DNA of 62,024 nt, the filler included, from Rhabdomonas costata (lineage: Eukaryota), in NCBI GenBank assembly GCA_019059605.1. It is 21 parts of 21 records of this genome, joined end to end, with 100 filler letters (N's around TTAATTAATTAA, not from the genome) between each part and the next. Parts side by side here need not be neighbours in the genome. Positions count along the whole stretch, not along the records: positions 35,557 to 38,409 come from JAHMHO010001879.1; positions 38,510 to 41,362 come from JAHMHO010001880.1; positions 41,463 to 44,315 come from JAHMHO010001881.1; positions 44,416 to 47,268 come from JAHMHO010001882.1; positions 47,369 to 50,220 come from JAHMHO010001883.1; positions 50,321 to 53,168 come from JAHMHO010001884.1; 15 more parts are not named here. One strand, written 5' to 3'. Shown here one piece after another: positions 37,381-51,628 of this stretch. The notes below the pieces were generated by a model. The model was not told the origin of the DNA. It was given only the letters and a program-made list of their open reading frames with translations, and made no database searches. A program made the position numbers and the translations under genes. The first letter of the stretch is position 1. Each line of letters starts with the position of its first letter.

Positions 37381-40300
37381 CAAGCCCAAGTTCCTGCGCC
37401 ACACCATGGCAACGGAGACTGAGCACTGGGGCAAGAAAGGCAACTGGCCGAGGTTCCATTCGTTCGCAAGCCAGGGAGGGTACAGGGTATCAATGCTTTA
37501 TCTACCCCCAAATGCGTGTGGGAATCCTCCACACGGCATATATTTACACACTCGAACTGGGAAAATTCACACGGTGCATGCGGAAACAGTGCCTTTATGA
37601 GACAGAGTGCGAAGCAGAAAGCACATAGAGCGGTCCAGAGCGTTTCCCCGCTCCCACTCAATCGACAGCCGTGGGGCGGAGCTCCGCAGCAGAGCCTCTG
37701 CTTTGGGAGATACTTGTGCAGGGTGGATCAGAAGCCGTCGCAGTGTAGGATGTGCGGACAGCAAGTGGACCAATGTGAGCGGGTGGACGTCATGACACCT
37801 GAACCAACCAACCAACCAACCAAACAACAAATAAAGAAAAAGAAAGAAAGGAAAGTGATTACCATGTTAATAAGGAACATGAATAAAAAGGAGCCAGCAA
37901 CTCTCCAACACGCCACGAGGGGAATACCGCGTGCTCACAAAATATGCCGGGGCATTGGCTTCCCTGCAATTTCCAGGCTAATAAGTGTTTCGGCTAGTGG
38001 CTGTTTTGCGACCGCTGTGGCCTACATACACAAACACTCCATAGCCCACCTTCCACAAAAATACGGACTCTCAAGCACCGGCGAAACTCACACACCCCAG
38101 CAAAGAGGGAAGACAGACTCACCAAAACACTGCCCCACGTTAGGTGGTTAGGTGCTGCGTTTTTTTTGCCCCCCCCCGCCCACTCGCGCTTCATTAACAA
38201 AACTACAACTTCCAGAAACGTTCAGTGAAAGCTCATTGCGCGGGTTAAAGCTGGGGCAGGTTTGGTTGTCCACTAGAAACAATGAAACACTAGAAACCTG
38301 CAATCGCTGTAACCCGTGGAGCCGTCTCCAAGCACAAAGGCATTGGGGCTCTTGGGTGGCGCCCACACATCCAGCGTGGTCAGGCGGACCCCCGCTATGC
38401 ACTGCACCANNNNNNNNNNNNNNNNNNNNNNNNNNNNNNNNNNNNNNNNNNNNTTAATTAATTAANNNNNNNNNNNNNNNNNNNNNNNNNNNNNNNNNNN
38501 NNNNNNNNNTGTGGTGGGTGTGGGTGGTTGGTTTGGTGTGGGCCGAGGCCCGAGTTCGTGTTATGTCTTGAGAGGGGCAATTTGGGTGGTTTCGGCGAGG
38601 TTAGTTGGTCCTCAGCCCAGTCTGCGTCCAGGCTTTCCTGCCTTCCTTTCATCGTCTAAATGAGTGCGCAGTGCACAGGTGCAAGAGCAAACTCATCATA
38701 AAATGGAATAGCAAAAGGTGATGCTCGGAGAACAAGTCAACTAGGTCGCAAAAAAAATGAACCCACCGAAGGAATACTGCTGGAGGCGTTACATCATTGG
38801 TATCGGGTTGATCTGCGGAGCATACCCCGCAGTTAGAAAGGGGCAGCTTGCTGTTCCAATGGTGTGTGTGGAAGCATAGGTCGACGCAAAGGGTGTATGC
38901 GTGAGTCCGCGTGTGTGTTGAGTGTAGAGAGAAATGTCACAATGGGTGTGTGTGAATCGGCGAAATTTGAATGGTTTGAGGAGGCTAAGCGGTCAGTTGG
39001 AGGGCTGAGGGGAAAAGACCCCCGGCGCCCCGCGAAGCTCTCGCATGGCGCGGCGGTTGGGGAAGTCCGGCACCACCTCTCTGGGGCAGCGGCTCTTCCA
39101 CCGCTGCCCGCACTTGCAGCACATGAAGTGGCCGACTCCCTGTTTTCAATGATGAGTGGGGAGTTTTTCAAAAGTGGAACAACCAACGCTCGGAGGTCAC
39201 CCGACACCCCCTCCACCTAAAACAAATACGAATCAGTCCACGTCGATATGATGCCAGAGAAAAGAACAAACGCCAAAGCAAACTACTGAAAGGCACAATA
39301 CAAATCGTTGCACCCCAAGTGTCTGGAACGAACCTCCCAAACCCGTCAAAAGATCACACGTGGTCACCTCACCACCAAAGCGACACTGACATATCGGTTG
39401 CTGAGACTGGTGCCCATTCTTATCTCGTATTTGAGAAGCAGTGACACTGATTTCAGAGCCCCTCGCACCACCCGCCCCTCTTTCAGAGGAAGGTATTCAA
39501 AGGCAAAGGCAGAGTTCTTCCGTTGTTCCGGCGAGAAAACCCGGACGCAGTGGAAAGGAGAAGAGGAAAGGGCCTGCCTTCTTCACGCGCAGCCGGCGCC
39601 AGTACTCGCAGCCCTGGCAGGTACAGGTGCACGTCGGCAGCGGCTCGTCTTCAGAGCTGAGAGAAATAACAGGCGATGTTCTCTTGCCCCCACCACACCG
39701 CCTAAACCCTCTGAAAGATGATGTTTGCTTCGTCACATGCCAGCAAAAAAAAATGGAGCTGGGTGGGCAGACGGAAAGGAAGGCGTGATTTCCAGCGGAC
39801 CTTGCGAACCCCGGAAAGGGTCCTTTGAAGGAAGTACAAACCCGACGGGCACAACACACCCGACAGGTGTGTTGCCCACCTCCATAGGGGCCTCTGGAGG
39901 GAAGTGGAAGATCTTCTCTGCGGTCAAACAAGAGAGATACGCAGGCAAACGGGCAAACTGAAAGAAAAAGCGTTCCAAACAAAGCGAAGGTGGCAGCACG
40001 GATCCATGCGCACACAGCTTGGTCGCTCACCTGTCCAAACGCTCCCACTATTTAGCTGCTAATTTTTGTGGGGGGTTTGCTCCTGTCCTTTAGTATCTCA
40101 TCGCTCTTTTTCGTTCACCATTTGCTGACTGCTGGTGCAAAAGAACCAAGCAAATTCTTTCCAGTGGAGCTTTCTGCCGTTGCCTATTGAAGAACTGGCG
40201 TTTTTTGTTGTCCCCAAGCAGAAAGGCAGGGTAGGTTTGCTGAAGTGTACATGTGCCGCGCGGGTGGATGTGAATTGTTGTAGTTGACACGCGTTTCCAA

Positions 40301-41260
40301 ACTGCAACTTAAGCTGCCGACAAATCGCGTTTCCTGTTGGATTCCAAGGCCTTTGGCGGATGTGCTGGCCGCTAGCGTGATCTGCACACATATTTACATA
40401 TGACGACGACGACGACGACAATGAGGAAGAGAAGAAAACCCGTGGCGGTGAAGGGAGGGTCCATCACCAACATTTTGAACTGCATCCTACCTATGTACCT
40501 ACTTACGTACGAAGATAACGCAAAGAAGAAGACAACGATGGCGACGACAGCGAGGACAACGACAACGAGAGGACAACGCGAGATGCTGCAGGCTGGGCGT
40601 TGCACGCAAAAAGTTCAACAGCAAGACAATGGAGAAAGGCCGACGTTGAGAGAACCAAACACCCACCCATCTTCACCCTCCTCCATAAAAACACACACGT
40701 GGAGCACCTCCAACGCCGTAAGGATAGTGCGAGTACCGAGGGGCAGCCATTGTTGTGATGGAAGTGAAAAGTCCCAAGAACTGTGGCATGAGAGGCACAA
40801 AAGAAGCAATCACAGGATCAGTGCATAAATGGGTGCGGAAGAACAAAGCTGTTCCATACGCCGTTTCGCAGCGAAGCTGGAGAGAAGAGGGACCATGCGA
40901 TTTTAATGAAATTATCAAAATCATCGAAATATCCGGGGTCCCTCTTAATTTCCCTTGATAACCCCCCTCTCTATCCCTCCTGCGATCTTTGGCTTCCCAT
41001 CTGCTATCGCTGCTGGTGGCGCTGTTTCAGTGGACCCAAAAGCGCAATTGCCGCGCCCAAGAAACAGTTCAGGGGTTAGAATGGGACATGCTGTAGGTCT
41101 CGCAGATAATCAGAGGGAGATGTAGGTAACCTCAGGGATAAGTCAAAAGTTCGAGGATTCCACACTCACAGGGGGGAAGAGACCGACCGCGGGCCAAGAC
41201 TACACCCTCAGGTCCCGGGGAGGGGTTTTGTTTGACAGCTCCTCAGTTGGTTGGGCTGGA

Positions 41261-41355
41261 ATCTCTTGCGGCTAAGCACCGAGAACCAATCCCTCAAAAT
41301 GTATTACGTGCAGATTTTTTGAGGGATTGGTTCTCGGTGCTTAGCCGCAAGAGAT
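41261..41355. repeat. Perfect 39-bp inverted repeat (hairpin) at a contig end
   Basis: Arms 41261-41299 and 41317-41355 are exact reverse complements; 17-nt loop. Confidence 0.95.
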
Positions 41356-42065
41356 CCCCACCNNNNNNNNNNNNNNNNNNNNNNNNNNNNNNNNNNNNNN
41401 NNNNNNTTAATTAATTAANNNNNNNNNNNNNNNNNNNNNNNNNNNNNNNNNNNNNNNNNNNNTCCACAGTCGCCAAGTTCATTATCCACACTTTAATCAG
41501 AGAAGTCAGTGATCTCAAAAACCAGAAAGAATCGATTACGCTTAAATTTCATGAAAATTTTAAACAGGAAAGAACAGAAGAAAACCTCAGAGCTCTTGAT
41601 TTTGGGTGTTATAGTTTCATAAAGTCAAATAAGTGAGGAAAGGAAGGACAGGAGTTGAGTGTGGCTCTGCGGTGGTTTGTAAAAAAGAGCCTAAAACTTA
41701 TTTTTTTTTTTGCAAAAGAAGAGTTACTTTCAGAGCATTGAGTTCATCTAACCCGCATTTGGGAGTTCTACCTTTCCCGAGCATGAGATCGAACGCTCCG
41801 CTACAGCCATTGAACCTCTCATTTTCATCCAACAGTGAGAAGTAGAGCTCCACTTCGATGAGCAGCGGTGGCGCGCAGGCTGCATGTCCCCCTGCACCCT
41901 GCAGTGCAGCGCACTCTTTCACATCGAGCAAGAGTCCGCACTGCAGAGCGCGGCGTCCATAATGTTATTCAAAAGGTGACCACAAGCCATGACGATGATC
42001 GATGAAACTCGGCCCAGCCGAGTCGTCGGAATGCTTGAAGCTCTTGTCAGCAGCAGCCATCTGCC

Positions 42066-43928
42066 TCACCAGGCCAACCCACACGCCAGCTCCATCGCCA
42101 GTCGTTGCCGCACCTGCAGCATCCGCTCGCTGTCTGGAGGCCCTCCTAGGGCCTGCGTGGTGAGGGGGTGCCCCAGGCTAAGCACCCTGGCAAACTCGCA
42201 CAGCAGCACTCCGCAGTCCGGGCCCAGCTGCTGCGGCACTTGGCTGGGGCCAGGGCACAGGAAGAGCTCCTCATCAGGGCGGTCCAGCCAGTCCAGCACG
42301 GTATAGCCCTTTTGGCAGAAGGGGGGGGGGGGTGCGGGAATTGTTTTGTAGGTCAGTTATGGGAAAGGAGCAAGAAGAGAGGAGGTTAGGGGTTAACTCT
42401 TAATTTCCAGTCCTGCATGGCGGAAATGTTGTCGATACAAATTGGTTTTAGCAGCTTTCTGGTATTTGACCCCACCCTCCCCCAAAGACACCTGCACTCT
42501 TCGGTACGAATCTACGACAAGAACTCGTGAAATATAGTCTTGTGCGGGCAATGCACAGACCGGAGAGATCACAGCCCGTCTTTTCCCGGTACGCACCCTG
42601 TTCAAACTTCCACCCCTCAACCTCCTCTGCACAAGTTTTCCTGCACACCAAAAACTGATTAGTGTGTGTGTAATTTGCCCAGGACCTTTTCACGAAGTTC
42701 CCCACAAGTTGTGCGCAATGCCGCTATATGTGCACTGAGTCTGCGATTATCGGAACGACGGAATGCATCCAAACACCGTATGCATTCGCACCATAGCCCA
42801 CCTGCACTTCGTGGAAAAAACACGAACGTCCATTTCAGATGCGCAGACATACCCTGCGAGCCTCCTCAGCACTCCGGTAGCGGAGGTACTCCCGCAGCAG
42901 GGTGAGGGTCTCGCGGTGCTTCCCTCCCAGGCTGTCGTAGACCTCAAGCCGCCGCGCGGCAAGGTGGACCACGGCTAGCACCCAGTGGTCCCCACGGCAG
43001 TGCACGGGGATAAAAATCATGTCCAGCCCAGACCCAAACAGGTCCACCTTGCGCCCCCCCTCGAAGCGAATCTGCACACACACATACACACTTGCGAAGG
43101 CTGCGTCGGGTTGGGTGCCTAAAGGCCCGCACTCAAACCGCGCCACCGAGGTTGTAGCAAGGGATGGATGGTTGTGTAAAGCCTTAACACAATGTAAGAA
43201 ATCAAGTCGTGTCGTGTCGTGTTCGTGTCACAGGTAATGACTGCAGCTGAGAAACCTTGATCAACAACTACCGGAGCAAAAAACCTACAAATGCAAGCGT
43301 CATCGTTGGCAGGAAAAGCAAGCCACAGATGCACTGGGGAGGATGGGGATGGGAAAAAAGAAGAAGCAACAATGGGGCAGGCGTACGACAACCTTCTGGA
43401 AGCTCCCTGGCCCAGCCTTTAAGTGAGTACAGAACTGAGTGGAGAAGTGGGACACCCGCAGGAGGCCTACCACGGTGGCATGGTCCTGCCCAGCAAGAAG
43501 CACAAACCTGGAACATCTCTTCCTTTGACTCTTTTCTAAAGACACTTCTGTAGTAGTGTGCTTTCTTGGGTGCATGTTTGTAGAATGACGCAATGCTAAA
43601 TGGGACCCTATTTTTCTTTTGGATTTGAGGGATAGAGAGGGTTGAAATAAGAACCGCAGGACCCAATTGGATGTGCGGTTACGGGAGAGGGCACCCGATT
43701 TGGGCAGACTTGCGACAAATTGCGAAAATATTGTTGAACAGAGTGTAAGCCCACCCGTTCGGTATCAAACCTGCAGCACAGGGCAACGTCAGCCCACTCG
43801 AAATGTCTCAAAAATGGACCTGAAGCCCACTGCAGAAAGAACCAGGCAAGCGAAGGGTGCACAACCTTCCAGCGCTTCGACAAAAGGCCCAGGTAGGCCT
43901 CAATCACGCTGTCATTGACATAAGTGTC
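42066..43928 (-). CDS. Ulp1/SENP-family (C48) SUMO/NEDD8-type protease catalytic domain (3' part)
   Basis: Exons encode YVNDSVIEAYLGLL (cf. WLNDEVINFY), HFSTQF, IFIPVHCRGDHWVLAVV (His), EVYDSL (Asp) and VPQQLGPDCGVLLC (Gln, Cys). Stop at 42066. Confidence 0.9.
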
Positions 43929-44583
43929 CTGCGGGACAAACCCCAAAACGCTGGCAGGCCGAGGCAAGCACCCATCACCTCCAGCCAAGCGCGCACACTC
44001 ACAATCCACCCTACACTCCAGATAACCACGAAAAACAAGTCCATGAAGAAGGGGTCCACGGGAGAAAATTCCTCAAAAAAACGCTTTGAATTGGAGATTG
44101 GAGTGAGCAGGCACATCGATATTCAGGTGCATTCCTCTGCCCCCTTGGCTCACGCAACTCTTCCCCAACAAAATCTTTGTGGGAACCTATGATATAGGGT
44201 GATCACCTCCCAATACGGGGTCTCCTATCGCACCCGTATTCCCTTTATCAGAACTACACCCCAGGGAGGGCAAAAACACCAAGCAACAAGAGAACACAAC
44301 ACACCCCCAACCAACNNNNNNNNNNNNNNNNNNNNNNNNNNNNNNNNNNNNNNNNNNNNTTAATTAATTAANNNNNNNNNNNNNNNNNNNNNNNNNNNNN
44401 NNNNNNNNNNNNNNNCCCCCAAGAAAGCCCTAGCTCCCCTGACTGATAAGTGAAGGGTCATTGAAGTGTGGTCCCCCTTTCGCAGTTTTTCGTCAACATT
44501 CACGCCTCTGCACGACTTCACTTCGGGCCCATTGTTTTCCAATCCCAAACTGTCATTCCCTGCGGTCAATCCGAATTGGGTAC

Positions 44584-47039
44584 GAAGGCTGTGTATGAAG
44601 CACAAAGGCAGCACCGCAATCCCTGCGCCACCAGAACCTCTGCCGAGGCTGTGACGGCGTCGACCATGTCCACGGTGTGGTTGGTCGAGGGGATCACACA
44701 CGACAATATATCTCGGGAGAAGTCCTCCACGCCGCCGAACGAAAGGCAGTCCAGCAAAGGAGTGGCGCGGTAGTCCTGCAACCGGTAGTGCACGGCATGG
44801 TACCTGTGAAATCAAGGCCGCGGTAAAAAAAAGGTCATCCTCGAACAGACCTCATCCAGTCGCCTTGCACGCTTCTCAGCTTTCTATGTCTGAGAGCATT
44901 CTAGGCATAAAGAAGAGAGATCAGCTCTTAGCTTTATATGAGCAAAAAATACCAAAGAAAATCATGGCAAAAGGAGAATACCCAAAGATCCGGGTCCCGT
45001 TCAACCAGACAAGACAAGCAGGCAACTGACGGCAACAGACACCAAACGTAGAAAACGTAGCGTAGGAGCGGCGCGGGTGAGAGAGACAGGAAAGATGGAC
45101 ACCTGGTAGTGAGGGAAAGAGAAAAACAGTTACAATCCTGTGCGACAATCTTCGCTAAAATTTCTCTCATTCGTCCCACTCGACCGAAACCCCAGTCCGA
45201 CTTCTTTTTCAGATACCATCCTTAATTTCCCGACCTCGCATTTCCGCCACCCCCGACCCCATGGGTAGATTTCTTTTTTTTGGCCGACAGACTGACAGGA
45301 ATACACAGTTCAGTGGCAGTGCGAAGGGCTCAACTGTGCGGCCGTAAAGAGATATGGGCTTTACGAGCGAAGCCCAGAAAGAGAACAAGGCACAGCAGGC
45401 ATAGCAGGGAAGAAAAAAACCTGGCCGGCAGGCTGGCCCGAAGCTTGGCCGCGAACGCGGTCAGCCCGGGGGCAAACCTCAGGCACTGCCGGAGGGCCGA
45501 GTCCACCACGGCCTCCTGGGAGGGGGTCATAGAGAGGAAGAGAGGGAGGTGGACCCACGGGAAGGCCAGCTTGAGCAGAGGGGCGGCTGCGCTCCCGTAG
45601 TCCCGCTGCAGCTGGGACAGCGGTACGGGGGTCATAGGGTCGGAATAACGCATGGGGTGCTCCTCCATCTGCGGGAGCTCGGAGTGCAGCTTCACTGCGC
45701 GCGTGCATGTGGGGCGGGTTATGCTGAGGTTACGTGAAGTTGATATTGGGCCTGCAGACGAGGTTATTGGAAAAAAAAAACGCCGAATTCCACGAGGGCG
45801 CATCCTTCGCCCAGTAAGGATAGTTCTGCTCTCTCGGGGGTTTTGGTTGATGTCAGGTCACATTGCGGGGAGGTCCTATGCTGCACGTGTGTCACCGATC
45901 TTGGGACTAGTGTGCTTTTTTTTTGGGAGGCCGCAACGCATTCAACTTTTCGCAGCGCTAAACATTTATCCGCCCACCTTGAAACAAACGATTGTCGCAC
46001 CAACATCCCGCCACTACAATTCCGTCAGCTTTTCAACGAAACCCGTCCACCGACAGCCAAAGTAGCAGACAGGGGCCGAGTGCATATGTTTACACGCACG
46101 TACAAACAGCGGCGGCGTATGTTCTGTCCACGTAGGTTCTGTCCACAACCACAGCTAAACAGAGCAAACGTCTTCAGAACCGGAATAAAAAAAGATTGCA
46201 ATCAGAATAGAACTGCTGCGAACCAGGCACGCACTGGGCAAGAGCCTTCACGTCAAAGTACTCGGCGATGTTGGTGCTAATGGAGCCTCGTGCGGCGTCA
46301 TGGAAGGTGGGGTGGTGCGGCCGTAGCAGCAGGGTGCGGTTCAGCGCCACGGCCATCACAAGGGCCGCGGCAAGGGCCTCGCGCTGGTTGTTAAACCCGC
46401 AGTACTTGTTGGTGTGCCACGTCACAAACCTCTCGGGAGAGCTGCTGGCGGTGCGGCGGGCCGGGCTCACACCGTTGTCATCCCACCACGGCTGCAGCAC
46501 AGCATCAGAATGTCGGGCCGTGCTGGGCGTTATGGTCTGAAGCGGAAAAAAGGGAAACGTCTGTGCGATGTACCATCCCTTATAGCCCCGGCCTTTCTCA
46601 CAAGCGCAATGGAAATGTGCTGGTCGAAAAACGCAACACGGACAAAAAACTGATGTTCACGAATTTCCTCCTGAGATCTCGGTTTCGTGTGTGTATGTGG
46701 GGGGGGGGCACAGTCCTGGGAGGGCGGTGTGTCCCATTCACCTCAACTCCGAAAAAAATGGAAGATCTCAAAGTACCCACTAACGCTCCCGAAATCAAGT
46801 CCAGCAAGGTACTTCCCCCCAAAAGTTAAACGCAGAAGAGAGCACACCCTGGCCGATGTCACGGCTGGGGATGGCAAAGTGGCTCCATTTGAGGGAGATG
46901 TGGGCACAACGACGGCCTGCTCTCGCACCTCAGTAACCTCTGCCCGCGCGCTCACCGTGGGGGTAACTGGTGCAGCGTTCCGGCTGATATGAACCACCAG
47001 ACCAAGCAAAGCCACTGCCAGCATAACGACTTTCCTCAT
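44584..47039 (-). CDS. GDP-fucose O-fucosyltransferase-family glycosyltransferase, type II membrane (partial)
   Basis: MRKVVMLAVALLGLVV anchor plus Pro/Thr stem; CGFNNQREALAAALVMAVALNRTLLL (GxxNQ...LNRTLVLP), EYFD, LRFAP and YHAVHYRLQD (HxRxxD), in AG/GT-bounded exons. Confidence 0.8.
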
Positions 47040-50000
47040 CGGAAAGGTTTTGCTGCAAGGCGTTTCTCGGCTAAAAGCTTCGTAGTCCGCCACAGACGGC
47101 CACGACACCACCTCAGCGAGTACATAGCACTCGCAACCACTCCCTCACAACATATCACTCCCTAATTCCGGCGCAAGCCAACCACACAAGATCAATAAGC
47201 TGTGGAAAAAAAAGCAACAGGAGCACACATCAACCTGCGCATTTCTCTCGTAGCGCTAACAACCACACNNNNNNNNNNNNNNNNNNNNNNNNNNNNNNNN
47301 NNNNNNNNNNNNTTAATTAATTAANNNNNNNNNNNNNNNNNNNNNNNNNNNNNNNNNNNNNNNNNNNNCACAACGCCATAAAAATTGCGCAGCCACCGCT
47401 TGCGATATTAACTCTCACGCCTCGCTTCCCTCTTTCGGTTTTCAGAGCATTTTGGAAATCACGGCAGCAATGCAGGGTATCAGTGCAAAGCTTTTCAGGA
47501 CGCCCAAAAAACAAAAGATAAGACCTTCATCCCCACAATGCCCACTCGTGGGCGGCTCGAAAGAAGGGTGAGGACGTGGCCCTGAGCCTGTCTTCTCAGG
47601 CGTTGCCACTGAGGTCTCCGCAGGTGCGGGTTCCTCTTGGATGAACAGTTGTAACCGCGGGCTGGACGAAGGCATCTGCCGATCGGCGGGCACCGGTGAC
47701 TCAGCGCCTCTCTCGGGCAACTCCGCGCCATGGCCGGGAGTCTCACTTAGGCTCGAACCATCGGACTTGCTGGCAGAGGACAGGGTGCCGCAGTGTGTGC
47801 CCTGCGTCAAACGTGCAACACTCAACCACCGAGTTGGATAAGATCATACGCTCACAGAGCCCGCCCGCTAATCAGGTCGTGCAAGAAAAAGCACCCAAAA
47901 CTTTGACTTACGGTAATACGGGAAAGAATAACCGCACAGCCTACGGCCCCCAAAGGGGGAGCATGGCATTAGGTGAGAAGAGACTCACCTGACATCAACT
48001 TCAAAACGTGTGCAAACACACCTCAGTGAGTGAGATATAACAATCAGGTCAAAAACGGCTGAAGTTCCATACGACACCCTGTAGTATTCACGGCTGAGAC
48101 TAACCTTTCGACCCAAGAGACACCCCTGTTTAACACCTATTCCAGAAAAGGGTTTGTTCCTCATTGTAGAAAACACGCGGACGCGGAATTTGATTACCTC
48201 ACGGGAAGCATTAGTCGCTCAATCGGAAGCGCAGGCATTGGGGTTTTAATCAAAGTGCAAAGCATTATGCCAATCTTGAGCAGTTTTTGTCCTGTTCGAT
48301 CCCAAAGGATATTACATCGGAATTCGTGACCGGGGAAGTCTTCGCTTTTCGAATGTTCTTGGTTTAGGAATAAAAAACACCTCTACCAAAATTCTACAAA
48401 AAAACGTCGTGCAACATTCGCACGCATTCCAGATGGTCGCAAAAGTTAATCGCACCTTCGGTGTAGAGAAACAAACGTCTGGTGGCCGGCACCCCATGTC
48501 TGACAACAGTGTTATAGGACTCCTCGTGCGAGCACCCACGCTGTGCGCGTCTTAGGTTAGGTGCATCGTTTTTTCCATCCTCGCTCTCCTTCGTGTGTGT
48601 TGGGCGCTGTTTATTGTTTGGTTGCCTGGTTGGTGGTGGCCACTGCAGGCTGACGGCGCACGCGCTGTTGGTCATGGGTGCTCGCGAGAGGTACCGTTGG
48701 AGCATAAGGTGCCCCGGTGCCTTCGTGGGAGCGCGTTTCCTTTCCGCCTTTTCATCGCACAAGCGTACACAACCGCGAACACACAAACACACACACACAC
48801 ACACACAACTGTCCCTAATCAAAGAAGAAAAACAAGGTCGAAACTCCTTGTTGGCCATGAAGCACCCCTGCGTGGCGGTCAAAAAATGCGCGGGCATGGG
48901 CAGGCACCTTCGAATCCGGGACAGGAGTACCCAGGCCCCTGTCCGCGTACTCGCATGCTTTCAGATGCGTCGGAGATGGACAGGAACTTTGCGCTGCGAC
49001 CACCGCACCGGTGTCAGCAGCTTCCGCTTTCCCTAAGAACGCCTTAAAGGTCGAGGTTGAAGAATTGCAGGGATGCTGAGGATCTTGAGAATCTTGAGGT
49101 GGGGACTGCAAACAGTCCTCTAAACTACTCACGCGATGGACCATAGTGTCTGTCGGCACTCCGACACTGGTGGTGCACAAATGTCGACCTGCGTGTCTCT
49201 CGCTGCCTACCTCTCGCGCTTCACAAAAAAATAAACGCGGAGAAAAACGCGAAGAGGGCGGTTTCTTTGGCAATGACTCAAATAAAAGTGATAGCACCCA
49301 GGAAGTGTAAACCACCAAAGGCACAAAGGTAGGAGCTGCATCAGAGCATGAGTGATAAACGGTTCGATGATGACAATGAGTTTGATGATGGGCCTGGGAA
49401 TCGATTGACGGCGTGCGTGCAGCGGTCCACCCACCGCGTACACAGCGTGCGTGAAGGGGTCCGACGGAAGTTTTTTCTTGACAGAATGGATTTGGGTCGA
49501 AGCGGGAGCAAAGCCCCCCCTCGCCCTGCTGAGCCCCGTGCAAGTACAATTCCATCTCCGTCATTGTGCGGAACCTATGCTGGAGTCCGGCCTCCGCCCT
49601 GCAAGGCCATCACTCGTTTGGGGAAGCGATGATGTAAAGTCATCGAAATGCAATCGTAAACTCCAACCTCCAACCTCGCCTTCGGTAACTGCAGAAGTAT
49701 AGCATCTAATCCTCCGAGTGTGGGGTGCGAATCGTAAATGCAGCCCTCTGGACGGGTTGCGACGCGTGGATATCAGAATTCAGAATTTCGCTAAACTCGC
49801 GCTGCAGCGCCACGCCCACACTTGAGCCGGAACAGCTCATGCCCCTCCCCTTTTCTCAAACGCTCAATATTTGTTTGCGAAGCAACAGATGCGCAACGGA
49901 CAAGCGGTCAGAAGCGCTCTGATCGGCACGCCGCACACACACACACACACACACGATAAAGAAAGGAGATCCAGGGGACGACAGGGTAGCCCTTTCGTCC

Positions 50001-50320
50001 CAAGTCCGATCAATGCACCGCCACACAACAAGCTTGAGGCTTGACATCGCATCGAAAACAAATAGAGCATCACGAGCGAATGAAAAGTGAGCTCTACACA
50101 AGCGTACCCATTCAGGCCGTCACGCACACACACACACACACACACCACGCCTGAACCAGCAAAGGAGCCAAAAAAACGAAGCACATCCCGAATTCCAAAT
50201 TTACCCCGAACGCAAAAAAANNNNNNNNNNNNNNNNNNNNNNNNNNNNNNNNNNNNNNNNNNNNTTAATTAATTAANNNNNNNNNNNNNNNNNNNNNNNN
50301 NNNNNNNNNNNNNNNNNNNN

Positions 50321-51628
50321 CATAAGAAGGAATCTTATGGCAACCCCTCCCTCAGCCGAGAAAAGGGTGAAAGGGTGAGGGCCCTTGAGTCCCTCCCCTG
50401 GAGGGGGCACCCTCCCCCCTGCTTGGTGATCGTCAACCTGGGGCTGTGGTACGCAGCGTATGGCAAGGGCAAGGTGGCGCCCTCCGTCTTCGCGGCGCAC
50501 TGGCAGTGGTGGGGCGCCACGGCCGCAAGGGTGTTTGGAAACCCGTGTGGGCCCAGGGTGGTGTACGTCGGGGTCCCCGCCGTGAAGAAGGTTCGCCCTT
50601 GACCGTGTGATGCCGTTCCTCTTAATCCTGCTTCTCTACCGAACGAGTGCATAAGAAGAGACCGAAGTACATAAAGTTTCGCCAACAAAACACATAGCAC
50701 AGGGCAACATGGAAGTGTTTTTGGTTGCCTGCTGCCTCGGCGTATAGCCTTACGGAAATGATGAGGCTCCTTCCCTTTGAAGCGTACTTTGGAATCGCTT
50801 CGTGTGCTGGGGATAAAATTTACTTGTGCGGAGACGCTGCCTTGAGTTGCGCCGTATTTTTTTGCATTTTAGTTGGGTTTGAGGTCGTTTTCTTTGGGTG
50901 GGGATCCTCCCACAGAGTATGACCCATGGCTGGGTCGTCGTGGTGGGTTTCTTTGGGTCTCGTTAATCCGATTCAGTGAATATTGAACATAAAAGGAAAG
51001 AATTGGTGATGTAAACTCCCGAGAGACACTTACAACTGGCATTGCATGAAAGCACTGGAGAGGGGGCTGTCATGCTGCTGTGTGTACAGGGCCCTGAGCG
51101 TGCGCAGCTGTCTCACTTCCGGACGCTGTCGGAGCTGCAAAGGCGGCTCTCCGAGCCCCACCCCTTCGTAGACGTCTTTGAGCGAACAATGTATGTGCTG
51201 GCTACTCTCTCCTCCACCCCATCTACTTCTCTGCAACTCTGCCGGGCTGTGTTTGTGTGCTTTCAACCCCAACCCTGTCTTCGACATCCTTATCTCGTGA
51301 ACCGCGCTTCTACCGAGCCGTGCTGTTTGCCTTTGGTGCTGACGGAAGTTACCCTTTTTGCATGGCTCCTCGAAAGTGGGGGAAGAATCGATAGATTGGG
51401 ATTGTGGCGTACATTATGCACGTACATTGTGTTCTGGGCAGGCACATTCCGCGCTCCAAGCTGAGCACATGGCTGCTCCCCGGTGGGCAGTCTAAGCACT
51501 TCTCTGGGGAGGTGGTCAACACCCAGGTCCAGGAGATTCTGTACTGGCACTGCAACACCCTGCACTGTGGCTCCACGGCACAAGCAGCCTGCAGGGGTGG
51601 GAACTCCTCCGGAATTCGTTCTCCGTAG
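50321..51628 (+). CDS. PC-esterase/SGNH-like protein, C-terminal 3 exons
   Basis: In-frame GT-AG exons: LVIVNLGLWY...RVVYVGVP, FVDVFERTM, and QSKHFSGEVVNTQVQEILYWHC, resembling the PC-esterase DxxH...q.lln.lC end. Stop at 51628. Confidence 0.6.

Noticed and set aside
38833..40048. Minus-strand exon-like segments on contig 14 (and similar ones on contig 17)
   Set aside because: Possibly coding, but I could not build a consistent splice model or recognise a family.
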